Shown piece by piece: positions 1-9,056 of a DNA stretch of 32,000 nt. The notes under the pieces are model-generated. The model was not told the DNA's origin and did not search any database. It worked only from the letters and a program-made list of their open reading frames with translations. A program made the translations under genes and the position numbers. Each line of letters starts with the position of its first letter. Positions within the stretch are counted from its first letter, which is position 1. Origin of the DNA: Telmatocola sphagniphila (GTDB taxonomy: Bacteria > Planctomycetota > Planctomycetia > Gemmatales > Gemmataceae); assembly GCF_018398935.1 (NCBI RefSeq), contig NZ_CP074694.1, positions 4,860,001-4,892,000 of the forward strand, in the 5' to 3' direction.

Positions 1-2
1 AT

Positions 3-977
3 ATCTGGGTCATGAATCCGGAAGTCCGCTACTTCGACGACGTCAAAGCCATTTCCGATAACGATGTCTTTCGCGTTCGCAGCGTTCCTGGCGTCGCCTG
101 GGCCGTGAATCTCTATCGCGGTTCCGGCCAGGCCCAACTCGAATCGGGCAAATATCAGCAGCTCATTCTGATGGGTGTGGATGACAGCAGCCTGACCGGC
201 GTACCGATCGATTTAATTGTCGGCGATATCGGCGATCTGCAAAATCCCGATGCCATTCTCGTGGACGAAGCGGGCTTTAAACAGATGTGGCCCAACGAAC
301 CCATCCACACAGGCAAAGTGATCGAGATGAATGATCGGCGGGCGGTCGTTGTCGGCGTCTTTCGAGCTTCCCAAACTTTCATGACCATGCCGGTCGTCTA
401 CACCCGCTTCAGTCAGGCGACCCTGTTCGTTCCGCCGGCCCGCCGGATGATGCCGTTCGTGCTCGCCAAATGTGAACCCGATATTCCGCCCGAACAGGTA
501 GCTCGGTCTATTCACGAACAAACGGGGTTAAAAGCGCTGACTAATCAAGGCTTCGGCAAATTAACGATGTTCTACTATCTGGCCCACACCGGCATTCCGG
601 TGAATTTTGGAACCACGGTGATTCTCGCTTTTCTGGTGGGCTGCGCGATCGCCGGTCAGACGTTTTATCTGTTCACAGTCGAAAATATCAAGCAATTTGG
701 CGCCCTCAAGGCGATGGGAATGAGCGATCGCCGGATCGTCGGCATGATTCTGATCCAAGCTTCTATCGTCGGCGGCATCGGTTTCGGGTTAGGTATCGGC
801 CTGGCAACTCTCTACGGCATGTTCGCGGTGAAAAGCATGCCGCTGCTGGCCTTTTTCCTGCCCTGGCAGGTCCTTGGCATCACGGCCCTGGCGATGGTCT
901 TTATTTCACTGCTCGCCAGCTTCCTCAGCATCCACAAAGTGCTGGTTCTCGAACCGAGTATAGTTTTCCAAGGTTAA
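3..977 (+). CDS. ABC exporter permease, MacB/FtsX (DevC-like) family; 5' end lies outside the window
   Basis: The frame of ORF 12..977 stays open to the window edge. A MacB-type periplasmic domain is followed by an FtsX-type TM bundle (GTTVILAFLVGCAIAGQTFYLF, IVGGIGFGLGIGLATLYGMF, LGITALAMVFISLLASFLSI). The TAA stop at 975-977 lies 2 nt before the ATPase ATG, which indicates an operon. Confidence 0.8.
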   Translation: MWVMNPEVRYFDDVKAISDNDVFRVRSVPGVAWAVNLYRGSGQAQLESGKYQQLILMGVDDSSLTGVPIDLIVGDIGDLQNPDAILVDEAGFKQMWPNEPIHTGKVIEMNDRRAVVVGVFRASQTFMTMPVVYTRFSQATLFVPPARRMMPFVLAKCEPDIPPEQVARSIHEQTGLKALTNQGFGKLTMFYYLAHTGIPVNFGTTVILAFLVGCAIAGQTFYLFTVENIKQFGALKAMGMSDRRIVGMILIQASIVGGIGFGLGIGLATLYGMFAVKSMPLLAFFLPWQVLGITALAMVFISLLASFLSIHKVLVLEPSIVFQG

Positions 978-979
978 GC

Positions 980-1732
980 ATGCGAACCCAGGACACTAGT
1001 GCTGAAGGAGTGAAGTGCCGGGCTCTGACCAAAGAGTACAGCAGCGGCCCCTCGCGCGTCCTGGCGTTGCGGGGTATCGAAGTCGAAATCCAACCGGGAG
1101 AATTGACTCTCCTGGTCGGACCCAGCGGCTGCGGCAAAACGACGCTGATCTCGATCATGGCCGGGACGCTGAACCCGACGGCCGGGCAAGTTTCCGTGTT
1201 CGGCACGGAGCTCACCCAGCTTTCCAAAAAAGAGGTCACTGACTTTCGCGCCAAAAATATCGGCTTCGTCTTTCAACAGTTCAATCTGCTTCCTTCTTTA
1301 ACGGCCGCGGAAAATGTCTCGGTGCCGCTAGTCATCAATGGCTGGTCCAAAGCGGCCGCGATCGAAAAATCGGCTGCCGTGTTAAAAGCGGTTGGCCTCG
1401 GAGATCGATTGCACAGTCTCCCCTCGCAAATGTCCGGTGGCCAACAACAGCGCGTGGCTATCGCCCGGGGTTTGGTCCACGAACCTCGACTGTTGGTTTG
1501 CGATGAACCGACCTCGGCCGTCGACGCGGCTTCCGGGCACGCCATTATGCAGCTGATTCGCTCGGTGGCGATGCAACCCAATCGCGTCGCCCTGGTGGTC
1601 ACGCACGATCCGCGTGTGTTCGATTTTGCCGATCGCATCATCACTCTGGAAGATGGTCGCGTGCAAGGTGAAAAGCGCCAGTCGGTCGATCCGCAATTGC
1701 TTCAGACGAAACATGAGGTGGTTCATGCTTAA
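980..1732 (+). CDS. ABC transporter ATP-binding protein (MacB/LolD/DevA-like)
   Basis: Walker A GPSGCGKTT, ABC signature MSGGQQQRVAIARGL, Walker B LLVCDEPTSAVD and H-loop VVTHD. It is tightly packed between the permease and adaptor genes. Confidence 0.92.
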   Translation: MRTQDTSAEGVKCRALTKEYSSGPSRVLALRGIEVEIQPGELTLLVGPSGCGKTTLISIMAGTLNPTAGQVSVFGTELTQLSKKEVTDFRAKNIGFVFQQFNLLPSLTAAENVSVPLVINGWSKAAAIEKSAAVLKAVGLGDRLHSLPSQMSGGQQQRVAIARGLVHEPRLLVCDEPTSAVDAASGHAIMQLIRSVAMQPNRVALVVTHDPRVFDFADRIITLEDGRVQGEKRQSVDPQLLQTKHEVVHA

Positions 1733-2819
1733 CAAATTGACCAAATATGTGTTTCCGATGCTGGCCGTAGCCTTTGGAATATTCGCCCTCCTGCACGCCC
1801 TGGCCATGCAGAAACCGGAACCTGAAGGGCATCCGCCCGTCAGCCCATCGCTATCCCCCTTTGGCAATACCGTCGCGGGTGTTGGGATGATCGAATCGAA
1901 TTCGGAAGCCAGCGGTACCAGTGTGATTTCCATCGGTTCGCAATTGGCGGGGGCGGTCGACAAAATCTATGTTCGGATGCAACAGGAAGTCAAAGAGGGT
2001 GACCTGCTGTTCGAGCTGGATAAACGGCAGATGGAAGCTCAGGTGAAAGTCAGTCAGGCCAACCTGGAAGCCGCTCAGGCGCAGTTGCGAAAATTGGAAT
2101 TGCAGCCGCGCAAAGAAGAAATTCCGCCTCTGGAAGCTCAGATTGAAGCGGCGGTCGCCAATGTGAAATCCACCAAAGATCAAATGGAACGGGACAAGGC
2201 GATTCCGCCTAGCACTGCCATCGCGGAGCAGCAGCGGGTTGCCGATTTGCAGGCTTACAATAATGCCGTGGCTTTACTCGGTGTCGCGAAAGCCAACTTG
2301 GCTTTGTTGAAGGCGGGAGCGTGGGCGCCCGATATCAAAATCGCGCAAACCAGCGTCGCACAGGCGCAGGCTCAACTCGATCAGGCGAAGACCAATCTGG
2401 CCCTGCTGCAAGTTCGAGCCCCGTCCGACGGCACCATTTTGCAGTTGAATATCCGCGCCGGCGAATATGTTTCGACGATGGGTAGCCAATCGCTGATCTT
2501 GATGGGTAATCTCAAACCGCTCCATGTGCGCGTGAGCATCGATGAAGAAGATTTGCCCCGTTTGATTCTCAATGCCCCTGCGACAGCGAAAATTCGCGGC
2601 GACATCAAGCAGCAGAATATCCCTTTAAGATTCGTGCGTCTTGAGCCCTATGTCGTACCTAAAGTGTCCCTGACCGGCATTAATACGGAACGGGTCGATA
2701 CCCGTGTGGTCCAGTTGATTTATGCGATTGAGACCGACCCGAAGCGGCCAATAGATGGCAAAATGCTGGTCGGCCAGATCGTGGATGTGTTCATCGATAC
2801 GAAAAAGGTGAGCGAGTGA
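1725..2819 (+). CDS. HlyD-family periplasmic adaptor (membrane fusion protein) of the ABC exporter
   Basis: The ATG at 1725 overlaps the ATPase stop (ATGCTTAA, 8-nt overlap). It has an N-terminal TM anchor (YVFPMLAVAFGIFALLHALA), a long coiled coil (QANLEAAQAQLRKLELQ...AQAQLDQAKTNLALLQ) and the beta-barrel motif VRAPSDGTILQLNIRAGEYV. The ORF-track start at 1614 lies inside the ATPase gene; ATG 1713 is an alternative start. Confidence 0.85.
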   Translation: MLNKLTKYVFPMLAVAFGIFALLHALAMQKPEPEGHPPVSPSLSPFGNTVAGVGMIESNSEASGTSVISIGSQLAGAVDKIYVRMQQEVKEGDLLFELDKRQMEAQVKVSQANLEAAQAQLRKLELQPRKEEIPPLEAQIEAAVANVKSTKDQMERDKAIPPSTAIAEQQRVADLQAYNNAVALLGVAKANLALLKAGAWAPDIKIAQTSVAQAQAQLDQAKTNLALLQVRAPSDGTILQLNIRAGEYVSTMGSQSLILMGNLKPLHVRVSIDEEDLPRLILNAPATAKIRGDIKQQNIPLRFVRLEPYVVPKVSLTGINTERVDTRVVQLIYAIETDPKRPIDGKMLVGQIVDVFIDTKKVSE

Positions 2820-2969
2820 TCAAAAGGGACTGAATGATTGTAAGATCGGATTCTTTTACCCTTTGAATTTTTGAGAATCCGCTGCACAAATCGATAGTTT
2901 GAGATCGAGATGTGCACTCCCCTCTTCTGAAACAATCCTTCCCCGCCGGCGTCCTCTCAATGTCTGGGG

Positions 2970-2991
2970 GGTTCGCGTTTTTTCGCGAACC
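2970..2991 (+). terminator. Possible intrinsic terminator hairpin after the exporter operon
   Basis: GGTTCGCG-TTTTTT-CGCGAACC forms a perfect 8-bp stem, followed by TTAAAAATT. It sits 150 nt downstream of the HlyD stop, in a 215-nt intergenic region. Confidence 0.35.
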
Positions 2992-3073
2992 TTAAAAATT
3001 CGAAAACTGGGATTGCACTTACCCGCGAGTTACAATGCGAACGATTGACTGCATCCAACAAGGAGTGCCAGCC

Positions 3074-4444
3074 ATGTCCCGAATTCTGTACGCTTCTCTT
3101 CTGACTGCCCTGATTATCTCTTCTCTAAAGGCCGATGATCCGGCGAAAAGCACGACTCCCTCTGCCGAGAGTGCTTCACTCCCTCGCTACAAGCTGACAC
3201 CGGGAATCGAATTGAACTATTTCTCACGATCTAGCTTCAAGTATGGAGAAGGAAAAGCTCAAGGCGAACATTTAACGACGGATAAAGATACTCTGTGGGT
3301 ACTCCGAAAAAATTCGGATGGGAGTTTTCGAATTTTGCATCGGAATGTCAGTAAGTTCACCCAAGTCCGAGAGGGTAAAGAGTGGGGCGGGCAGACGAGC
3401 AATTCTGTTGTTTATGTAGACATGTTTACGGATGGCCGGATTCTCCCGAACTCGACCATTCAATATCACGGCAGTCCAGAAATGATGTTTCCCCGGCTAC
3501 CCAAAGATTTGAAGGAAGCCCAGTCGGGATGGAACACCACCGAGGAAGATTCGACGATTTCCGCAAAACCTAATGGCAATAGATTCGTAGTGACCCAGAC
3601 GGATCTATTCTCCAAGATCTATCTTTCCTCCAAAACGATCACATATACATTTGATGCGAAATCGGGATTTATCTCCAATTTTGAAGTTACAACCAAACAA
3701 GGTTACGGCTTCAATGGCAAGGGAACGGGAACCGGCGAACTGACCTCGCAAAAAACTCTTCCCGAGGCCGAACTGACCAAGTTGACTGCCGATACGGACA
3801 ACTATTTCAAGTCTTTGGAGAAATACGAAGAACTGACCACGGCCGCCGCGAAACTGGAACCGGAAAAATGCAAAGAATCTCTGGGGAAAGGGAAGGAGAT
3901 TCTCAAGAACGCCCTGGCAAGTATCAATCAGGCCGATTTGAAGAAGGACCTGGAGAAGAAGATCGAAGAGCATGATCGAATGACGAATTATTACGTCGAG
4001 GAGGCGACTACTCGAGCCAAGATTGTCGGAAAACCGGCTCACGAGTTCAAGGCCGACGATCTGGAAGCGAAGGCATTCGAGTTGAATAAAATGCGCGGCA
4101 AAGTCGTGATTCTCGACTTCTGGTATCGCGGCTGCGGCTGGTGTGTCAAAGCCATGCCCCAGATGAATCAGCTCACGGCTGATTTCGCCGACAAACCGGT
4201 CGCTATCCTGGGCATGAATACCGATAGCAATAAGGAAGACGCCGAGTTTGTTGTAAAAGAAATGGCTTTGAAGTACCGGACTCTTCGAGTCGAACACGAA
4301 ATGAGTAAGCACTTCGGTGTACGGGGATTCCCGAGTTTAGTCATCATCGATAAGAAGGGCATTGTGCGCGACATCCACGTCGGTTACAGCAAGACTTTAC
4401 GCGAGGAAGTGGGCAAAACCATCCGGGAACTTTTGGCGGAGTGA
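3074..4444 (+). CDS. Secreted TlpA/ResA-like thiol-disulfide oxidoreductase (thioredoxin fold) with a ~330-aa N-terminal domain of unknown function
   Basis: ATG 3074 is preceded by AAGGAG 8 nt upstream and opens a signal peptide (MSRILYASLLTALIISSLKA). The C-terminal redoxin domain has FWYRGCGWCVKAMP (CGWC at 4133-4144) and GFPSLVIIDKKG. The ORF-track start at 3035 has no RBS or signal peptide. Confidence 0.8.
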   Translation: MSRILYASLLTALIISSLKADDPAKSTTPSAESASLPRYKLTPGIELNYFSRSSFKYGEGKAQGEHLTTDKDTLWVLRKNSDGSFRILHRNVSKFTQVREGKEWGGQTSNSVVYVDMFTDGRILPNSTIQYHGSPEMMFPRLPKDLKEAQSGWNTTEEDSTISAKPNGNRFVVTQTDLFSKIYLSSKTITYTFDAKSGFISNFEVTTKQGYGFNGKGTGTGELTSQKTLPEAELTKLTADTDNYFKSLEKYEELTTAAAKLEPEKCKESLGKGKEILKNALASINQADLKKDLEKKIEEHDRMTNYYVEEATTRAKIVGKPAHEFKADDLEAKAFELNKMRGKVVILDFWYRGCGWCVKAMPQMNQLTADFADKPVAILGMNTDSNKEDAEFVVKEMALKYRTLRVEHEMSKHFGVRGFPSLVIIDKKGIVRDIHVGYSKTLREEVGKTIRELLAE

Positions 4445-4557
4445 TTACTGCCGACATTGATTGACCCAGACTGGATTCGTTCGGTCTGGGAAATTGGCAG
4501 ATCGTCATATTGCCGGGTTATGCCAGTCGCTAGTGGATTGGCATATAGAAAATCACC

Positions 4558-5037
4558 TTATCTGCCCGATGCAGCCCCATTCATCATCTCAAATTCCTTG
4601 CAGTACTCCCTATTGTTAAAATCGAAGTAGAGCTCTTCTTTGAGAACGCGGACACGGACTAGATCTTTGGATAGTATGTCGTACAGAAAATAAGGAAGCA
4701 TAAACAGGGAACCAATCCCCAACGCGGCTGCGAGTCCCCACTTACCTACATGCGGAATCCCCACCAAAACAATGGCTCCCGCAACAATTCCCAGTAAACA
4801 TCCCAGATTCCCCAGCAGCATACGAAGCGTTTTCGATCGGCGGATTACCTTGTGACAATTCCAACAAACCGGCACTTCGAACCGGAATCGCTTTCCCGGT
4901 AACCAGTTCGCCCAATCCGCCAATCCAAACGAGTTGACCGAATAGGGAAAGATCTGGCTGGACGGAGACATGCCGCAGCCGACACAGCGCGGCGGAAACT
5001 TCGGCTGTTTTTTTCGAAAGTGAGGCCGAGTATTCAC
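4558..5037 (-). CDS. Hypothetical membrane protein with an N-terminal zinc-ribbon-like CxxC...CxxC pair
   Basis: GTG start. Motifs CVGCG and CWNCH lie ~35 aa apart and are followed by two glycine-rich TM helices (LLGNLGCLLGIVAGAIVLVGI, LAAALGIGSLFMLPYFLY). I recognise no family. Confidence 0.5.
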   Translation of the reverse strand: MNTRPHFRKKQPKFPPRCVGCGMSPSSQIFPYSVNSFGLADWANWLPGKRFRFEVPVCWNCHKVIRRSKTLRMLLGNLGCLLGIVAGAIVLVGIPHVGKWGLAAALGIGSLFMLPYFLYDILSKDLVRVRVLKEELYFDFNNREYCKEFEMMNGAASGR

Positions 5038-5097
5038 CCAACATAGTGGTTACCGGTCGAAAGGACTTGGGGAGCAATGAACTCGCTACTTAATGCT

Positions 5098-5127
5098 TTA
5101 AGGCAGCGGGTTGAGCCGCTGCCTTAG
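5098..5127 (-). terminator. GC-rich hairpin immediately downstream of gnd
   Basis: AAGGCAGCGG (5100-5109) pairs perfectly with CCGCTGCCTT (5116-5125) around a 6-nt loop. It lies ~20 nt after the gnd stop on the minus strand and is followed there by AAAGCATT. Confidence 0.5.
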
Positions 5128-5147
5128 GGAAATCATATTCGCCGCTA

Positions 5148-6605
5148 TTAGGCGTTATAAGTTGTCGAAGAGGTCGTGCCGCCGCGACCAGTCCAGTTGG
5201 TATGATGGAACTGACCGCGCGGCGTATCGATTCGTTCGTAGGTATGGGCTCCGAAGTAATCGCGCTGGGCCTGCAGCAGGTTGGCCGGCAATTGATCACA
5301 GCGATAGGAATCGTAGAAGGCCAGGGCGGTACTGAACGCCGGTGTTGGAATCCCGGCCAGGACCGCCGCCGAGATCGTCTGGCGCCAGCCCGTTTGACAC
5401 TTCTCGATTTCTCCCGTGAAATACGGGTCGAGCAGCAGATTCGTCAGATTCGCATTCTTGACAAAGGCATCCTTGATCTTACCCAGGAATGCGCTGCGAA
5501 TGATGCAGCCGCCGCGCCACATCAGGGCGATGCCGCCGTAGTTGAGGTTCCACTTGTACTCCGCCGCCGCGGCCTTCATCAGCATATAACCCTGGGTGTA
5601 GCTAATGATCTTGGAGGCATAGAGGGCATCGCGAATCGCGTTGACGATCGTGTTTTTGTCTCCAGGGATTTTGCCGTTAGGCCCCTTGAGAATTTTCGAG
5701 GCCGTGGTCCGTTCCGATTTCAACGAGGAGACGCAACGACTGAAAACGGCTTCGGCGATCAGGGTGATCGGGATGCCGCAGTCGAGAGCACTGTTCACGG
5801 TCCACTTGCCGGTACCCTTTTGGCCAGCGGCATCGAGGATCTTATCGACCATTGGCTTGTTATCGGTGTCCTTGTAAGCCAGAATGTCGCGGGTGATTTC
5901 GATGAGGTAGGAATCGAGGACGCCCTTATTCCACTCGGCAAAGACATCGTGCATCTCGGCGACCGACATTCCCAGGCCGTCGCGCATGATCTGGAAGGCT
6001 TCACAGATCAGCTGCATGTCGCCATATTCAATGCCATTGTGAACCATTTTCACGAAGTGCCCGGCGCCGCCTTCACCGACCCAATCGCAACAGGGGGTGC
6101 CGCCTTCGACTTTCGCGGAAACATCCTGGAAGATGTTTTTGACGGCGGGCCAGGCCGCGGGGGAACCGCCCGGCATGATGCTGGGACCGCGCCGAGCCCC
6201 TTCTTCGCCTCCGGAAACGCCCGTGCCGATGTAGAGAAGGCCCTTGGCCTCCACTTCTTTGACCCGGCGGGCACTGTCCTGATAGAGGGAGTTGCCGCCG
6301 TCGATGATAATGTCGCCCGGTTCGAGGTGGGGAATCAGGAGTTCGATGAAATCGTCCACGGCCTGACCAGCTTTGACCAGCAGCATCACACGCCGGGGCC
6401 GTTTGAGCAGTTTGCACAATTGCTCGATGGAATGGGCGCCGATGACTTTGGTTCCCTTGGCTTCGTGCGCCAGGAATTCATCGACCTTGGAAACGGTGCG
6501 ATTATAGACAGCCACGGTATAGCCGTGATCGTTCATATTCAGGACCAGATTCTGGCCCATCACGGCCAGGCCAATCAAGGCAAAATCAGCTTGCGGTTCA
6601 GCCAT
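5148..6605 (-). CDS. gnd: 6-phosphogluconate dehydrogenase, decarboxylating
   Basis: Full-length match by eye to Gnd hallmarks: the N-terminal Rossmann motif GLIGLAVMGQNLVLN, then GTGVSGGEEGARRGPSIMPGG, HFVKMVHNGIEYGDMQLI and RDYFGAHTYER. The start is chosen at ATG 6605 (GGAG ~10 nt upstream); ATG 6611 and GTG 6614 are alternatives. Confidence 0.93.
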   Translation of the reverse strand: MAEPQADFALIGLAVMGQNLVLNMNDHGYTVAVYNRTVSKVDEFLAHEAKGTKVIGAHSIEQLCKLLKRPRRVMLLVKAGQAVDDFIELLIPHLEPGDIIIDGGNSLYQDSARRVKEVEAKGLLYIGTGVSGGEEGARRGPSIMPGGSPAAWPAVKNIFQDVSAKVEGGTPCCDWVGEGGAGHFVKMVHNGIEYGDMQLICEAFQIMRDGLGMSVAEMHDVFAEWNKGVLDSYLIEITRDILAYKDTDNKPMVDKILDAAGQKGTGKWTVNSALDCGIPITLIAEAVFSRCVSSLKSERTTASKILKGPNGKIPGDKNTIVNAIRDALYASKIISYTQGYMLMKAAAAEYKWNLNYGGIALMWRGGCIIRSAFLGKIKDAFVKNANLTNLLLDPYFTGEIEKCQTGWRQTISAAVLAGIPTPAFSTALAFYDSYRCDQLPANLLQAQRDYFGAHTYERIDTPRGQFHHTNWTGRGGTTSSTTYNA

Positions 6606-6725
6606 TGTCATCACTCTCCCGAAATAGCGGTATCAACTCGAAATATCATCTTAGGAGTCGTTCGAACGGCAAAAAGAGCAGAAAGGGAGTGTCGGGGCGG
6701 AAACTCCGATCGCTGGCCCGCGAAA

Positions 6726-8468
6726 TCACAAAGAAGGCCCGGTATCGCCCGGCAGCATGATTCTTCGGATCAGTTTAATGGGCAGCCCTCCCTGCTTCAC
6801 GAACGTATTGTGGAATTCTTCGAGGGAAAAAGCGTTCCCTTTCAGCTTGCGGTACTCTTCGCGCAACTTGTAAATCTGAAGTTTGCCCAAAGTGTAGTAG
6901 AGGTATGTCGGATTGTACGCACCTCGCCGGGCTTCCTCGAAAGCAGTCGAGTGTTCCTGAAATCCTTTTTCCTGGAAGTACTTGGTGCCGTCTTCCAGCG
7001 TCATGCCCAGGGTGTGCATGCGGATGCCGACGACAAATCGGCAATCGCGCAGGAGAGCTTCCGAGAGCTGCGCCAACTGAATTTTCGGATCGCCCTCGCC
7101 GTAGCCTTCCTCCAGCATCATCTGCTCGCCGTAGTGAGCCCAGCCTTCCACGTTCGAATTGGAATAGGTCAGCTTGCGGGTTTTGGTCGGGTATTGCTTC
7201 GCGTACAGAAACTGGATGTAGTGCCCGGGAAAGGCCTCGTGAATGGTCACGACTTCAAGAACGGGGAAGTTGAAAAGCCGCAAATGTTCCTCTTTCCGCT
7301 TGGCATCCCAATCTTTTTCCGGAGGAGTGATGTAGTAAAACGCTTCGGTCGCTTTGGTCTCATAGGCTCCGGGTGTATCCATCGAAGCAAAGCCGCCGTC
7401 CCGGGCATACGGGGGCGTTTCCATGATGGTCGGGCGGACTTCCGAGGGAATGGTTACGATTTTTTTGTCGATCAAGAACTTCCGAATCTTCTCGATGGTC
7501 CGTTTTCCGGCGGGTATCAAATCCTCTTCTGTCGGATGCTTATCGGAAAGTAGCTTCATCACCTCGGCTGGCGTTTTAGTCGGGTCGATCTTCTTGGCAG
7601 TCGCCACGAACTTATCGTAATCCTTCTTCAGGTTGGCTTCCCCAATCGCCAGAAGCTTATCCAGGGGAATATCGACCATCTCTTCGAAAAGAAGCTGCTT
7701 GGCAAATTTGTCTTTTCCGATGGCGAATTGGTTGGGCTTGGTGGTGGGCAGGAGATCTTTTTTCAACCAGCTGGCGGATTCTTCGAACGATTTGATCACG
7801 GCGGCGTTCGCCGTTTCGAATTCTTTCAGAAGTGCGGTATTGTTACCCGCCGCTTCTTTTGCCCAGTTGTACACATCGTCCTTGAAGAACCCGATCGACC
7901 CTTCGCCCATACGAATGGCCAGGTCGGTAAATTCGCGAGGAGGGTTGATCAAGTTCGCTTTCATCGACGTCTGGACGGCGGGGACAGCTTTCAACCTTGA
8001 GATCACCGACTTCAGTCTTTCCGCAGGCGGTGCGAAGGATCGTTTCATCAAATTGTCGATGGAGCTGGCCGGGCCGGAAATATAGCCCATGGGATTTCGC
8101 TTCCAGGTGCCGATGGTTACCAGATCGTGCAGCTCGGCTTTCATCAAATGATCGAGCATTTCTGCGTCAATTTTCTCGTCGAAAGAGAGCGAACCCTGCT
8201 GCAACTGAGCTAGTCGGGCCTGAAGGGCTTTGACCTTTTCGATTCGCAGCAGATAGGCTTCCTTGGAACTATCCTCGAGTTTGCCATCGTACTGGTGCAA
8301 TCCCGCCGCCGTGGCGTCGGAAGGCTTCCAGGCGAAATAGGCATCGAAGTATTCGTCGACGAACGCCGCAAAGGCCTTATTGGGCTCATCCGCGCGAACG
8401 GCGGGCTGGCCAATCAGGGCCATGAGCGAAAGGGTCGTTATGCAGAACAAGGTGAAGCGACGCGTCAT
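6726..8468 (-). CDS. DUF885-family secreted protein (putative metallopeptidase-like)
   Basis: The motif HEAFPGHYIQ and the overall ~580-aa layout are typical of DUF885. ATG 8468 opens a signal peptide (MTRRFTLFCITTLSLMALIGQPAVRA). The longer ORF-track version to 8747 would run into rnpB and is rejected. Confidence 0.82.
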   Translation of the reverse strand: MTRRFTLFCITTLSLMALIGQPAVRADEPNKAFAAFVDEYFDAYFAWKPSDATAAGLHQYDGKLEDSSKEAYLLRIEKVKALQARLAQLQQGSLSFDEKIDAEMLDHLMKAELHDLVTIGTWKRNPMGYISGPASSIDNLMKRSFAPPAERLKSVISRLKAVPAVQTSMKANLINPPREFTDLAIRMGEGSIGFFKDDVYNWAKEAAGNNTALLKEFETANAAVIKSFEESASWLKKDLLPTTKPNQFAIGKDKFAKQLLFEEMVDIPLDKLLAIGEANLKKDYDKFVATAKKIDPTKTPAEVMKLLSDKHPTEEDLIPAGKRTIEKIRKFLIDKKIVTIPSEVRPTIMETPPYARDGGFASMDTPGAYETKATEAFYYITPPEKDWDAKRKEEHLRLFNFPVLEVVTIHEAFPGHYIQFLYAKQYPTKTRKLTYSNSNVEGWAHYGEQMMLEEGYGEGDPKIQLAQLSEALLRDCRFVVGIRMHTLGMTLEDGTKYFQEKGFQEHSTAFEEARRGAYNPTYLYYTLGKLQIYKLREEYRKLKGNAFSLEEFHNTFVKQGGLPIKLIRRIMLPGDTGPSL

Positions 8469-8540
8469 GCACTTATCTCCCGGGGTTTGCTGGTCGGAGT
8501 CGTTCTTCAAAATGATATGACGAACGCCGTCAAATATCCT

Positions 8541-8554
8541 TTTGCAATTGCAAA
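8541..8554. promoter_or_regulatory. Perfect 14-bp palindrome in the divergent DUF885/rnpB control region
   Basis: TTTGCAATTGCAAA is its own reverse complement. It lies 73 nt upstream of the DUF885 start and ~52 nt upstream of the rnpB 5' end. Confidence 0.25.
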
Positions 8555-8591
8555 TCCCTTCGTCTGGAGGTCTGAAAATCGGTTCTTCTGC

Positions 8592-8597
8592 TACAAT
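8592..8597 (+). promoter_or_regulatory. Candidate -10 box of the rnpB promoter
   Basis: TACAAT ends 8 nt before the predicted first paired nucleotide of the P1 helix (8606). I could not identify a convincing -35 box. Confidence 0.3.
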
Positions 8598-8605
8598 ACT
8601 GAGTT

Positions 8606-9030
8606 CATGGGTCGGGCCGACGATCGCTGCCGGGGCAACTCGGGAGAGGAAAGTCCGGGCTTCATAGAGCGCGGTGGCGGGTAACGCCCGCCATTCTGGG
8701 GATTGCGTCGACTCCGCGACCAATCTTTCGGGATAGAGAAAGTGCAACAGAAAGTATACCGCCGGCGGATGTCCGATCGAACGCCTTTGATCGGACTATC
8801 ACACCGCAGGTAAGGGTGAAACGGCAGGGTAAGAGCCTACCAGCGGCGGGGTAACCCGTCGGCTCGGCAAACCTCACCGGAAGCAAAGCCAAACAGGGGG
8901 CAGGAGTGACTCGCTCCGTTACGACCTCCGGGTAGGCTGCTCGAGCCTGGGAGCAATCCCTGGCCTAGATAAATGGTCGTCGCTTAGGGGAAACCCCAAG
9001 TACAAAACCCGGCTTACAACCCGACCCATG
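8606..9030 (+). ncRNA. rnpB: RNase P RNA, bacterial type A (M1 RNA)
   Basis: Universally conserved blocks appear in the correct order: GAGGAAAGTCCGGGC (8646-8660, P4 5' strand), AGTGCAACAGAAA, GGTAAGGGTGAAA, GGTAAGAGC, CCGGGTAGGCTGCTCGAGC, GGCCTAGATAAATGG and ACAAAACCCGGCTTA (P4 3' strand). The termini form a perfect 11-bp P1 helix, CATGGGTCGGG (8606-8616) with CCCGACCCATG (9020-9030). Confidence 0.93.
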
Positions 9031-9056
9031 AATTCGGAGTTTTTGAAATAAAATTG

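Noticed and set aside
1382-4312. Minus-strand ORFs 1382..1963 (193 aa) and 3605..4312 (235 aa), and other shorter antisense ORFs inside the exporter and TlpA-like genes
   Set aside because: They are antisense to genes with clear Walker, HlyD or thioredoxin motifs and have no features of their own.
5202-7553. A 783-aa plus-strand ORF spanning two genes and an intergenic region
   Set aside because: It lies entirely antisense to gnd and the DUF885 gene, both of which have unmistakable family motifs on the minus strand. Its product is low-complexity and Arg/Gly/Ala/Asp-rich, as expected from the reverse complement of codon-biased genes. It has no recognisable domain.
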